From Octopus vulgaris (Eukaryota): a DNA stretch of 64,000 bases. The number at the start of each line of letters is the position of its first letter. Position 1 is the stretch's first letter. The position numbers and the translations under genes were made by a program. A model generated the notes under the pieces. That model was not told the origin of the DNA, ran no database searches, and was given only the letters and a program-made list of their open reading frames with translations. The stretch spans positions 68,820,001 to 68,884,000 of the forward strand of contig OX597819.1 in assembly GCA_951406725.2 (NCBI GenBank), given 5' to 3'. Shown one piece after another: positions 24,975 through 39,184 of this stretch.

Positions 24975-26286
24975 CAGGATTGAAGCGATCAATACTTTAG
25001 CTTTATCAGTCATGACTTTCAGTTTTAATATTATTAACTGGTCAATTACTGAAATATGTAATCTTGACAGAAAAATACGAAAACAGTTGACAATGCATAG
25101 AATGCACCACCCTAAGGCATATATATAACAACTTTATCTACTAAGAAGAGAGGGAGGCCGTGAACTTTTACAACTGGAATTAACAATGAAGATTACCACA
25201 ATTGCCTTAGACACCTACCTGGAAAACGCTAAGGAATTGGATTTTAAATCTTGTCTCAAAACATGAAAACAAGAAACCATCGTACTCAGTAACGAAACAG
25301 GCAAAGTGAATTCCAAATACGACAAATCCCAGAATTATGCATACCGGAAACAAGCACAGAAAAGGCTAAGCGTATGAAAACCCATGCTAAAACTGCCCTA
25401 GAATTTCTTACTGATGGCACGACAAAATGGCACGAAAAACATCTCAATGGCAAATACCCAAAGAGAGCGAATAATGCCGATGTTGACAAAGCCTTGACTC
25501 ATCAATGGCCAAATGGCCTCTGGCTTAAAATCTGAAACAGAAGGGTTTATCATAGCAGCTCAAGATCAATGCCTACCTACAAGAATCTACCAGGCCAACA
25601 TATTAAAGAACGGCAGCTGCCCAACATGTCATGTATGTCAACAAGAAAATGACACCATAGATCATGTTGTCTCCATGTGAAGTCTTCTTGCGCCTACAGG
25701 AGTATCTCAACAGGCATGATAGAGCAGTACAATGTATTCACAGGGTAATTTGCAAAAATCTGGACTTGCCCCATGAGAAAAACTGATGGGAATACAAGCC
25801 ACCTCCAGAGCTTGGAAATGATCACATCTCACTCCTCTGGAACTTCACCATTCAAACTGACAGAAAAATTGATGCAAATTGCCAGACATTATAAAGAAAG
25901 ACTTTAGACAAAAATCATGCCCCCTCATTGATATGACAGACTGTCCCAATCGATATAAGTGAATCTGTTATGACATAACTGTGGAACCTGAAGAGTAAAA
26001 CAATACATGTTGTCATATGCAGAAAAGCAAAAGATAGCACTCATGTGAACTTCCCATATCCTACGTAAAACACTGTCTATGTAATCTCAAATTTAAAAAC
26101 AAACTCATAATTTTCTTGTTTTCTTAAACATCCTTTAGAACAATATTATGCACAAAACCAAGTATATGACATCCTAGGCATAACACCAACATGAAATTCT
26201 AACCTGTTGTCTCTTGAGGCCTTAGGGTGAGACTTGGAGCCAATTTGTACGAATACAAAGCAAAAGTCAAACAAAATAATAATAAT
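24975..26286 (+). mobile_element. Second, older R4/Dong-clade LINE fragment
   Basis: NTLALSVMTFSFNIINW..LDRKIRKQLTMHRMHHPKA..EGGR; ETEGFIIAAQDQCLPTR..CPTCHVCQQENDTIDHVVS; ends in aataataat. Confidence 0.85.
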
Positions 26287-26289
26287 GCT

Positions 26290-26500
26290 GTTGTTATTAT
26301 TTCTCTTTATTACAGGTTTTGTTACAGCTCCTGGAGTTTTACATGCATAGCGGGCTTGCTATCAGCAAACTACAGTACCACGTTATCCATTCTTTTCATG
26401 TATCTAACACTTTGCGGATTATTCTGGCCGTGCTAAGGAATCAAAACTTTTGTAACAGTTCTACTGGACTCTCTATTCCAAATTCCTTTATATTCTCCTG
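26290..26500 (-). mobile_element. 3' tip of a third R4/Dong-like LINE, tail-to-tail with the second
   Basis: Minus translation PVELLQKF*FLSTARIIRKVLDT* resembles the LLGTARILRKVL terminus and is followed by a short 3' UTR and an aataataac tail. Confidence 0.6.
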
Positions 26501-26646
26501 CGCACATATGGTTGTGATGTGTGTGTCTGGTGTACCTTTATCAGACGGGTAGTAATGATGGGTATACTAGGCTTCGTATATTTTACCCCAGTATCATTTT
26601 GATGGCATTCACTGTTCTCTCACTCAATAATAATAATAATAATAAT

Positions 26647-26705
<59 letters not shown>

Positions 26706-27327
26706 TAATAATAATAATAATAATAATTGATGAGGGAAACAGAACATAGATTTAGCACTAGTTTTTATTTAGTATGACGATCGTTGCGACACATCCCACA
26801 ACTGTCCGTAATGTGTAGGATTTTTAAAAATCTAATGGCGTTGCACCAACGAATGTAGTTTGTGTCACATCAGGTACCAGCAGAAAGAATGGGATACTCC
26901 GTTAGTTGTATTGAGATGTTCTAAGCAGGTTGCTCATACCCCTTGTATTTTCGTATGACCGGCTACAGTTGTCCACGGATATATAACATACAATTAAACG
27001 GAACATCCCCGTTTTCTATGCATGTACCCGATGAGAAACAAGCGGTACATATTCATGCAACGCAATTAAATGAAGAAAATCCTACCCATAAGGAACAGTT
27101 TGAGGATGGGTCGAAATGATCGTCTTACTCAATAAAGAATAGTGATAAATCTCTCTTCCATTTCGTTCATCAGTTCTTATTAACTCAACTAACAATCCCG
27201 AATTCCTGACGTAGATCCAGCAGAAAGATACTCCACTGTGGTTGACACCCGGTAGTCCAAACAGTGAATGTGCTTTTCTCAACGCACTTATTAACATGTA
27301 TCCATTAGTTCGAAAAATGACATATGC

Positions 27328-27483
27328 ATACTGGCTGTGTGGTAAGTAGCTTGCTTACCAACCACATGATTCAGGGTTCAATCTCACTGCATGGCAACTT
27401 GAGCAAGTGTCTTCAACTGTAGCCACGGGCCAACCAAAGCCTTGTCAGTGGATTTGGTAGACTGAAACTAAAAGAAGCCCGTC

Positions 27484-27564
<81 letters not shown>

Positions 27565-27750
27565 TCCACCATCGCTTGACAACCGATGTTGGCGTGTTCA
27601 CGTCCCCGTAACCTAGCGGTTCGGCAAAAGAACCGACAGAATAAGTACTAGACTTACAAAGAATAAGTACTGGAGTCCAGTAGTTCGAGTAAAGTCGGTG
27701 CTCCAGCATGACCGCAATCAAATGCCTGAAAAAATAAAAGAAAGAAAGGT
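27328..27750 (+). mobile_element. SINE family A, full length with internal (TA)n(TG)n
   Basis: tggctgtgtggtaag A box region, ggttcaatc B box, cttgagcaagtgtctt, internal microsatellite, acgtccccgtaac, ggtgctccagcatg, A-rich tail. Confidence 0.85.
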
Positions 27751-28037
27751 AAAAGATCATACATATATGTGTGTGTGTGTGTCTGTGTGTGTGTATGTAT
27801 GTATGTATATGCATAATATACATACAGATATATAGAAGAATTTATTTATTTAAATATATTATACGCCACACTTTCCCTATATATATATGTGTGTATATGT
27901 GTGTGTATGTATGTATATATGTATATACATAGTATACATATACATACAGATACATATGAGAATATATATTTAATATATTATACGCTTCGCTTTCTGCATA
28001 TATAAATGAGTGGGTGTGGGTGTGGGTGTCTGTCTCG

Positions 28038-28099
<62 letters not shown>

Positions 28100-29469
28100 G
28101 TGTGTGCAAGAGTGCAAAGTTGTAAACGTGAAGTCGACAGCTAAACAATAATACAATCATAAAATGTGATTAACCGACAATGGCGATATCCCTCTTGGGC
28201 GCGGCTTTCGAAATACTGAAATAAGTAAAAGCTTATTTCATTAATTTAGTCCCATTATTACAAACTCTATCAATAAATGTTCAGTTTTAGTTGTGTTGCC
28301 ACAGAACAGCATTTCTAATCTAATTAAATTTTGTTATACTTTAAGAACGGATTAAATTTTATCGAATCTTGTCTGCGTTCTTCAGTATTGCTCCGTTGTG
28401 GCGAAAACGAGAACTATACTGGCTTTAGCGGAAGAAATATAAAGGCTGTTGCGTAAGGGCTTTACTGCTTCATTAATTTTTCTGGAACTGAACCAAATCC
28501 TAGTTAGTATGAGAATAAAATTCGTTTAACGGAGATATATCGAACAGGATGTTCCTTCATTAAGTTTTTCACAATTCTTTTCGCCTTTGGAGAATACATT
28601 CAAGAAATGAATTATTATATTGCCTGCTTTGTACATTTGACCCCAGCAATATATCGCTGAATTGGAAATGATTTAGAATTTAAAATGCATTCCACGAGAC
28701 ACCAGAAAGTATCGTGTGTACATTGGTTCACATTTAGATATTAAAAAGTCCCTCTGGTGTTTTATCATTTCATGAATTATATATATTGAAAATGTTATGA
28801 AGGATCTTTAGGAGAAGCGGAATGGTGGATAAAGTTGCGTAGTTGTTTAGAGAGGAAAGAGTTCGAATACAGTGAAAATATTTGGTGTTGTAGTCAGTCT
28901 TCAGATAATAATGTGACAACTATTACTACGAGAACGATCATTCTGTAAGACGTTACCAGAACTATCCGTGAGTTTTCGTCATGCTATCATCCAAGCATTG
29001 CATTCGAAATGGCAATTATATCAATGAATCAACAACAACACCTCATCTATAATGTATGTGCGCGTGTGTGTATCTGCGACTGTGTAATATATGTATATAT
29101 ATATATATATATATATTCGTTATTACCGTATTGGTCCAATTTTGGGGTTAATTCACAAGAAAATTTCCCCTCTTCACATACGCGGCACATACGCGAGGTA
29201 TAAATGAAATACTTATTTATACCCACGGAAGAAGCAAGCACCAAGTCCGGTAATAACGAATTTTTAGAGATTTCTATCGGTTTAGTTCGAGACTCACAAA
29301 TTTAATGGTTATCGACATTTTTTTTTTGTTTCGGCGTATCTGGCATTAGAATTTTTCTTCTGCCCTTATCTTGTAAATTGTGTATAAATTTTACCTTTAA
29401 AGGCATTTTTTGATATGCTGGCCATTGATAAAATGTTTTTCCCGAAAAAATTTTTATCCTATATCAATT

Positions 29470-30474
29470 ATATTACTGCAAAGTGAAAATATTTGCTGAT
29501 GACACCAAGCTCCAGCAAATCGTCAATGAAGAAGCAGACCGAACTCAACTCCAGTCTGATCTATATGCTGTGAGTCAATGGGCAGACAGAAACAAAATGC
29601 AACTGAACGAGGGAAAATTTGAGCTGATGCATTTTGGAAGAAACTCCTCACTAAAACAGCCATACTCTCTTCCTTCAGGGGAACCGCTCAGAGCCTCTAA
29701 CAATATCAGAGACCTGGGTGTAATTGTTGATGACGATCTCAGTTGGAGTGCACACATCAACAAGAAGGTCGATATAGCTCGTGGGATGAGTTCCTGTATC
29801 TTAAGAACTTTCCGGTCCAGAGAATAAGGTGTCATCATACCACTTTTTTCCTCCTTTGTACGGCCACACCTTGAATACTGCTGCCCACTGTGGTCTACTC
29901 ACACAAGACAAAACATCTCCAGAATTGAGTCACCCCAGAGGGCACTCACTAAAAGAATTGAAGGCATGGCTGCTCTCGATTATTGGGATCGCCTTAAAGC
30001 CTTGAAACTTTACTCCCTCCAGCGTCGCCGTGAGCGGTACATCATTTGTACGATGTGGAAAATATACCGCCAACTATGCCCAAACGACCTAAACATTAGC
30101 TTCAAGGTTCATCCAAGACTTGGACCACGGGCTATACGTCCCCTGCCCAATTCAAGATCACAACATACATGTACACTGCAACATAATTTCTTTTCCTCAA
30201 CAGGCCCTGCCCTATTTAACATTGTCCCGAAAAGATCAAAGAGGAAAAGGATCCCATCAACTTTAAACAGAGTCTGGATAGATTCCTTCAAAGAATACCA
30301 GATAAGCCACCCATAATTGGATACAACTCACCCAACAAGAACTCACTACTTGAACAAAACTTGACTTAAACAAAACTTGACTTAAACAGGATTCAAATAA
30401 TCCTATCAGGTGGTGCTATTAAGTTAGACATGGCCTGGACCAATCTTTGGTCGAAACATATCTAAGTTTATCTA

Positions 30475-30480
<6 letters not shown>
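29470..30480 (+). mobile_element. 5'-truncated CR1-group LINE (RT C-terminal half and 3' UTR)
   Basis: KIFADDTKL..LQSDL..W..N.MQLN..K; IRDLGVIVDDDLSW..HI; VRPHLEYCCPLWS; LKLYSLQRRRER. There is an in-frame stop at 29825-29827, and the tail is (tatctaagtt)x2. Confidence 0.9.
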
Positions 30481-30544
<64 letters not shown>

Positions 30545-30653
30545 TAAATAGATTCAGATGGCAATTATATCAATGAATTAACATCTCTTGTATAATGTAT
30601 GTGCGCGTGTGTGTATGTGTGACTGTATAATATATGTATGTATATATATATTG

Positions 30654-30685
<32 letters not shown>

Positions 30686-30709
30686 ATAGAGAGAGAGAGA
30701 AAGAGAGAG

Positions 30710-30746
<37 letters not shown>

Positions 30747-31309
30747 CATACATACATACATACATACATACATACATACAGACATACATACATACATACA
30801 TACATAGATTCAGATGAATATGGTACTTAAGTTAAAGCACCAGTATTGTCCATACAGAATTATCCATACACGTTCAAAGTAAGCAGATTAAAATCAAAAT
30901 AAGCAACGACGATATCCGGAGGTAATGCAGCCCTTCATCGTCTCAGCCTTAGATATACAAAGATTTGATAAACTAGTCTACTAATTTACACTTACCTCAT
31001 AAAAACAAATAAAATCAGTGACAGGCAGAGACCTCTTGATAAGTTAGTAACTTCTATGCTGAAGTGGAGACATGTTCTTTGGCTATCTCCTTAACTTCTT
31101 GGAGATTTTTAGGTATAATTATACTAATGTGTCCATCTGTTCGAATTTAATTAAATTCTATTTCTTTGTGCAGCTGAGGATTGCTCTGCATTGTAAATTG
31201 ATGTGACGATTGTATTGCTGAAGTAAATGGAGTTGCATGAAACAATTTTACTGCATTTCATCTGGATATCCTCGTTGCTTATTTTAATATATATATATAT
31301 ATATATATA

Positions 31310-31745
31310 ATACAAAATGGGACAAGAGTGCAAAACATCCGGACAACTAGGTGATACAAAAAGGAATAACAAAACATCCAAATACAAGGACAGGTCATTC
31401 GAAGTTTTCTATCCTCAGTCAAGAACCGGATCATCCTCGCAATTTCGGCTGATTAATCTTGAGATTGCTCGAATCTGGCCAGCCCCATGGAAAAACTAAG
31501 CTAAGAGCAATAGATTCCTTGGAAGAATGCATCGAATGCATACGAAAACAAGGACGGAAAAACAGACGATGTTACAAAAATATAAATACAAAATACAATA
31601 ACAATAATAATAATAATAACAGGACATTACAACTGGTGTCTTTTGACTGGGGACGAATTGAATTCAGCTGGCGTGTGTAGAAATGAAGCCCTACGGCAGA
31701 GATACAAAACTTTCACAAACACAGGGAAGAATATCGATGTTACAT
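31310..31745 (-). mobile_element. Interspersed repeat family X
   Basis: Reverse complement is colinear with 48800-49250. Confidence 0.8.
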
Positions 31746-32018
31746 TAAATAAATAGGTAATTAATTATTGCGGCGTATATTATATAAGATTTTAATAAGC
31801 ATTGCGTTGAATTATTATCTGTCGTTTTTTCTCATTAATTATTTATTAAGTATGACATAGAATACATCTGCAGGTTTTGTTCATTAGATATCCAGTGATG
31901 TCACCAATTTTAGTAGATAAATATTCCTGTTTTCTAGGTTTTTTTTATGTAGATTTCAAATAGTGAAAGAATATGGAATAAGTAGGGCTATTTTTTAATA
32001 TTTTATTTTTATAAACTA

Positions 32019-32405
32019 CTAGCAGTATCGCCCGGCGTTGCTCAGGTTTGTAAGGGAAATAACTATAAAGCATTTTTAGAGATTTATAGCCAAAAAATAG
32101 CAAAAAAATGGAAGAAAAATGATGGTAAATTTTTTTTTGAGAGTAAAAAAAGGTTGAGTTGCGTCCCCTAGACAGTCTGTGGTTTGTTTTTTTTTATTCT
32201 CGACCCCATGTCGAATTTATCAGTTTTTTTCAGAACTGGGGGAACTTTTCAAAATTTTCGCTGCGTTAGTTTTGAATTATGATATTGGGCTATGTGTGTG
32301 TCAAGTTTCATCAGAATCGGTTGAAAGCCGTGGTCAGAGTGAGGGTACAAGCAAACAGACACACAGAAACACGCACAGACAAACTGCCGTTTATATAGAG
32401 AGAGA
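32019..32405 (-). mobile_element. Non-autonomous Helitron
   Basis: Minus strand begins TC (after A) and ends with the hairpin cctgagcaacgccggg, then cgatactgCTAG (before T). It contains internal ccgattctgatgaaact and (tctg)-like repeats typical of short Helitrons. Confidence 0.8.
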
Positions 32406-32698
32406 TATTAGTTATTCACACACATCGCTCTTGGTTGAATGAATGAACGTTTGAAGTTAAATTTGGTTTGGCATTTCTTTTTGTTAGCGTTTTTTAATAG
32501 CTAAAATTTTTTTCAGACATTCATTTACAATTACACCAATTTGGATTACCTTGATAATTTCATGTTGACCTAAATTTTCATACATACTATTAATAATTTT
32601 AATTATATTATGTATAAATATCCTATGTGTCTGTCAGTGTGTGAATGTGTATGTGTGTCTTCATGAATATATATGTGTGTGTGTGCGTTTGTGTGTGT

Positions 32699-32748
<50 letters not shown>

Positions 32749-32886
32749 CAACGCAATTGAAACAAATGTTGGGTTTTTAAGGTGTTACATAAAATCTGTA
32801 CTAGTGTCGATTCTTTTGGCTAAAACTCTTCAAGGCGGCGCCCCCGCATGGCCACGGTCTGCAAACAATGAAAGAGAAGTTGTAAG

Positions 32887-32991
<105 letters not shown>

Positions 32992-33645
32992 AGTAAGTGT
33001 GTAATATATATAAAGAAACTGACTAGACAAGATATAACTATTCCAGACAGCAAAATGAGGATCATGGAACAAACTAGTCCAACAAACGATGCGCCATTTC
33101 TCAGTACTATAAAATGTGGGTTGTTTATAAGTTCTATTCCACTATTATAACTATAATATTATTTCCGACCAATAAAAGTGTATATTCCCATCAATAATTT
33201 ATTGACATAATGTATTTGTTTACAGGTGTTAAGTCGTACGTATGCTGAATGTTCTGAACTTTAGCCTCTAGTATATGGCTACTTTTATTGCGGACATATG
33301 GAGCAGATGTGTTGAAGTAAAATCTTGGACAGATGCCACAAAATATTGTGCGAGAAAAATCTATCAACACTTAGTGCCTGTATAATAAATAAATAACTTG
33401 AAGTACAATTAGATGAAGGTTGTCTAGTTTACGATTGCGAAGAAGACAAAATATTCTAAATAAAAGTAGAGGGGAAATATTCGAGTAAACAAATAAAAAT
33501 TATAATAATGTGTTGTGAGGTAGTACACTTTTTTTACATTTTACGAGAAGGACCGATATACAAACATAATGCGCACGCACAGAGGTACACACATACATAA
33601 ACGCCCGCACCCCATATATACACATAGAGAAACATACACACACAG

Positions 33646-33745
<100 letters not shown>

Positions 33746-33798
33746 GATAGACAGACAGATACACTAATATGCTGTACATTTACATACAGTTGTACTTG

Positions 33799-33851
<53 letters not shown>

Positions 33852-34031
33852 ACATAAATACTTATAATATAAGCATTTCTATATGCACACACACATACAC
33901 GCACTCTCACACATACCCATTTATATAATGTTGTTCAATATATAAGTATAAGAAAAAAATTGGATATTTATTTATTTGTGCATTTCATGATTTACCTGTG
34001 TGTGTATTTGTGCGTGTGCGTCTGTGTGTGT

Positions 34032-34074
<43 letters not shown>

Positions 34075-35493
34075 CGTGTTAATTTCCTGAAGAATCAATT
34101 GCTAGTTGATTTATTTGTGGTCATGTAATAACTGTCGTAGTGACAATGTATAGGAAATCGATGTCTGCTTCATGAATTAGGTTTAGAATAAGATATTAGA
34201 GTTGGAAATGTTTTACAACTCTTTCACCAACGTTTGTGTAAAGCAAAAAAAAAAAGAGAAAAAAGAAGAGATGCGACATAGGTGAGGACGTGAAACGTGT
34301 AAATGACTGGATCCTGCTCTTTATTGCATGCTACTGTTGCAGAATATTCTTAGATTTTTTTATTAAGGCACTAAGGTGTAATAAAATTTGTTGATGCTTT
34401 GCCCCATCAGAAACAACAGGAGATATTAAGAGCATGTGCAGGCTCTCCTGAATTCATTGCAATATCGCAGACTCTTCTGTATTGTCAGCAGCTTTCTGAT
34501 ATCGCGATGGATTATCTTTTAATTTAATTGTATCACTATCATTTGTTATTATCACGTCATAATAAGGTAATTGATTCATAATAGGCTCTCCCACAAAATC
34601 CTTAGCAATGGACATTCAAGAATTCTTTAAACAATTTTCTCACAGTTGTTTGAAGCTGAAGTCTTTCAACACATTATAAGAAATTCCTTACATTGTGTTG
34701 AATACATCAAATGTATCACTAAGTTTTACTGAGGCACTGGACACTGGCTTTTGTCAGTTTTAGATTTCTCCAACGGACTTAGTATAGATTTCTCTTAGTA
34801 TGGCATCATTCCACAATTATAAATTAACACTACATATTTAACTGCATTTGTGCAAATCACTTCCAGATACTCATTGTTTATCATTCATCTGTGTAAGAAG
34901 ACGTCATACGAACTGGTGTAAAAAGAGACAACATGAAAACACAAACAAAAAGAAAAATTATAGTGTGATATAGGACACTCCAACTTAAAAAAATTGCAAA
35001 ATTGAAAGACATTGTGAGAGACTGAACCCACTGAGGCCGAAGTTGGATGTTGAACCTCGCGCCTCGGAGGTGAATTATGTGGACGAAAAGGAGAAGATGA
35101 AGTGGTAAGTCGTAATTTAATTAGAAGCTGTGGAATGTGAAAAACATTTGGTTGAACTTTTTGGTTTTAATAAATGAAAAGGAAATAAGTAAATGCTGTA
35201 TGAACATTTGTTTAAAAGTTTATAATTGTAAGGTAAAACCGAAAAGGGAAGTCGCGGTTTCGCCTCGGAGCAAGGCTAGAAATTGTTATGTAAAATGTAA
35301 AGGTTTAAAGGAAAAGGAATCCACGGTATCATCTCACAGCGGGAGCGAGATGGCCGTCTCATTTGCATCGTAATTTTATTCATTTCACATTCATCATTTC
35401 ATGTGTGTTTTGTTCCCGCTTGTCTGAGTATGTCTCCTCTGTGTTTAGGTATTGTGCCAGTAATAAAGTGTTAACCTCTAGCCGAACAATTAT

Positions 35494-35538
35494 TCTGTGC
35501 TGATGAAGGGACATAGCCCGAAAATCGCGATACACAGA
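35494..35538 (+). ncRNA. Type-I hammerhead ribozyme, core essentially intact
   Basis: TCTGTG [CTGATGA] a GGG acatag CCC [GAAA] a TCGCGA [TA] CACAGA. It has a 6-bp stem I, a palindromic stem III and one extra A. Confidence 0.7.
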
Positions 35539-35952
35539 TATTGTTTTGAGATGAGTGGGAGTGCTAGATTTCCTTGTTCGAAAATATAAGTACACAAAGT
35601 ACTGTTGCTGAATATTTCACGTTTTAAGATGTAAAGAATAGTAATTTTCTAAGTTGTTGACATATTGCTGAATATTCAGTTTTTCAATCCGGAGGCGCAG
35701 TATTTATGTGTCTATATTTAAGCACGATGTATAAGATAAAACAAAAAGAGTGGGATTTTCGTAGTTAGAAAGCAAATGACGGAGATGCATCACCACTATT
35801 TTAGAGTTCACTCTACGGGCGTTCGACCCTCTTACTGCGTGAGAAAAATGCTTCGTAGTGTTATTCTCAAAACTAATAAATGCTATAGTAAATGAAAAAG
35901 AAAAGAGCAATTACTCACATCACACTGTTACGAATGAATGTGAGGAAAACCC

Positions 35953-36256
<304 letters not shown>

Positions 36257-37807
36257 CTAGACATTATATAATTAATAGAGTGTAGCTAATTGGAAAAGAT
36301 AAAAAAAAAGATGGGGAAATGGAGAAAAAGTATCGTATTTATTATTTTATAAGTCGCCTTGTTTTATACTTAATGTTTAACTTTAAAAACTGGCTGCGGT
36401 TTATGCATGAGGTAAAGCTATAATTATAAGAGGAAAATCATTTCAAGAAGATGTAACATTAAATTAATGGTGCGCTTTATACTCAGGTGCATCTTATAAA
36501 CGAGTAAGTCCGATAATTGTTGGTAGCTTTTCCAGCTACTTCGATTTGCCAGTCAGTTCATAGAAGGTAACACCATTAAGAGTGACATAAACCAGTCTCA
36601 ATATTGATGTTGTATATTAGGTTTTATGACCTCAGAGACGAATTGTAGTAAGTGTGTATAGGCCACGTATAAACATTATACAGTTCTCTGAAAAGATATC
36701 TGAAAGCGAAGAACAATGATAAGAATGCGAGAATGGACATCAATATTTTGGTCGACGCTGATTTGGGGTTTCGAAATGCTAGATATATGTTTATGTGTGT
36801 ATGTGTGTATCTAAGTGAGACTGTATGTGAGAATGTGTGTGTGAGTAAGACCAACAAAGACGCAAAATGGCAAAACAGAAAAAATGATATTTGAAGAATA
36901 TAGTATGACCTTAATCCTTGATTAGATGGGATCAGAATAGGGAGACTTAAAGTCTCGAGCGTGTGCCTAATTTCGGGAGGGAAATAAACAACGAAAGGAA
37001 AGAAAGGAAACAGACTGAATTAACGGTTATTTCGAACTTTCTAAACTTTATTAAAAAAATCTTTTTTTGTTGTTCTCTTTTTTTTTTAAAAAACGATCAG
37101 GCAGAAAGTGTAAATAATTATAAAACTTCTGACAAGAACTGAAAATCCATGTAAATGGTAAAATGTGTGAAAGGTGGTGAATCGATGTATGGGGTGGACC
37201 CGCAGAAAAATTGGTCTGCAAACGAAAAGAAGGAAAATAGTTGAAGAAAGGGGAGGAGAAAATATAAACAGCCTGCGTTTTAACAGAAAATACAAACATA
37301 TTTACGATAAATTCCCATCTCCTAAATTATGAAGTTATTCCCGCATTGTCTTAACATGAAACAAAACAAAAGCAAAGCAAAACAGGTTCTCTGTCTCTAG
37401 TATTCTAAATGAATAAATTTTCTAATTGATATTTGTAACAAATATTCCATTTCTAATAATAGACCTGATGATGTCACGAATTCATAAATATGTACGTATG
37501 AGTCTAGTTGATACAACATGCTACATGTTAGTTGAAACGTGTAATATATCAGAAATAATATACTTCAGAACAAGCTTTCCCGTCATTATGTGTTTTTAGT
37601 GTACGTTATGTGTTAGATATTATCATGGAAAACAGCAGCAGGAGATTTCGATTAAGTAACAGAAAATATTTTCAACTTATATACATACAGAAAGAGAGAG
37701 AGGGGAGGGGAGACAGAAAGAGACAGGTAAACTGAGAGAGAGGTAGATAGAGTAATAGATAGATAGCTAGATAGATAGAAAGATACATAGGCACACGTAT
37801 AAATGCA

Positions 37808-37852
<45 letters not shown>

Positions 37853-37923
37853 TTATATATATGTGTGTTTATATATATATATCCTCAATTTATAAGAATA
37901 TGTTTGCATAGATAGATAGATAG

Positions 37924-37954
<31 letters not shown>

Positions 37955-38477
37955 CAGGTGCGTGTGCGGGTGTGTATACATATACATATATACATGTTTT
38001 CAAGTATGTTAGGTATTTAGTAATGATAGAGTGAGAAATACCAGATAGTTTTTAAGCGATGTATCGAACACAATGCATAACCGAGATACAAATAGAAAAT
38101 CAGAATAATATGTAGACTCTCCTCTTAACACTTACTGCTGCTTCTTATACATTTAGAGAAAATACAAGGATACTGTGAGATTATTAATATGACTGATTAT
38201 TATAACTATATGGAAACAGAAATAGCTATAAGAATCCAACCTCCGAAACAAGAGACAGTATGATTTATCAGGGACGGTAAATCACATAACTAAACGGCTG
38301 GCATTTTTTGCACTAAGATATTTAATTTTTAACTCAATTCCACACAATGCAATGTGCGTGCAGTTATCAATACAAATGCACAAACACCCCCACACTCATG
38401 CTGAAATAGATATAAATAGATAGAAATACATATAAATAATTATACAGACAGTGGTATATACTTATCTATCCCTGTGA

Positions 38478-38550
<73 letters not shown>

Positions 38551-38554
<4 letters not shown>

Positions 38555-38919
38555 GTGAGGGAAGAAGGTGCCTTTCATACCATGTTCGAAAAGATTGCTG
38601 CGCATTTGTTTGGAGATTTAAATTCCTGGATTTTCCTGAAGAGAATGCTGCAAAATGGCCTCCTTATTCAATCCGAATTAGGGAATTTGCAGCCTTTGAA
38701 ACATGTGTAGAAAATAATAAAAAGGAATTTTGTAAAATCTTCGTTCAGCTCCATTTCTTCCCTCACTAAATATATAAAACTTCAATTATCCGCACTAAGG
38801 CACGGTTGTGATACCCCATGGTCGTAACCTCAACCGTGAATTTTCTGTTGTGATTTTTGCTACCCAGGTATCGGTTATAATTTGAATAATCCGTAACAAG
38901 ATAATTCATTTATCCATTT

Positions 38920-38921
<2 letters not shown>
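38551..38921 (+). mobile_element. TA-flanked short hammerhead element
   Basis: tttagtgagggaagaa (38551) pairs with ttcttccctcactaaa (38756-38771), enclosing the HHR. It is homologous to 14220-14545. Confidence 0.75.
38630..38715 (+). ncRNA. Type-I hammerhead ribozyme, intact core, extended stem II
   Basis: ATTTTC [CTGAAGA] gaat GCTGCAAA..TTTGCAGC cttt [GAAA] CATGTG [TA] GAAAAT, with a GUA triplet. Confidence 0.8.
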
Positions 38922-38962
<41 letters not shown>

Positions 38963-38967
38963 TATAT

Positions 38968-39184
38968 GCCAGAGTAAGGGCGAAACAAGGTGGGAAAAAG
39001 TACTCGAATACGAGAAGTGGAATAATATGCTTTATTATAAAGTAGTAAAAATATCACAAAAACTGTTACTCAGAGTTTCACGTTCCCGTTCGTCGGACAC
39101 TTTTGTCTAGACAAAACTGTTCGACGAACGGGAACGTGAAACTCTGAGTAACAGTTTTTTATATTTATACTAATTTTTAATAAA

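Noticed and set aside
27082-27297. Minus ORF with LFGLP and HPQT, reminiscent of an LTR-retrotransposon integrase core
   Set aside because: Only two short motifs with no catalytic D/D/E spacing, too weak to call
37465-37485. CTGATGA occurrence (also at 63704 and inside the Helitron)
   Set aside because: No stem II, GAAA, UH arrangement, so a chance heptamer
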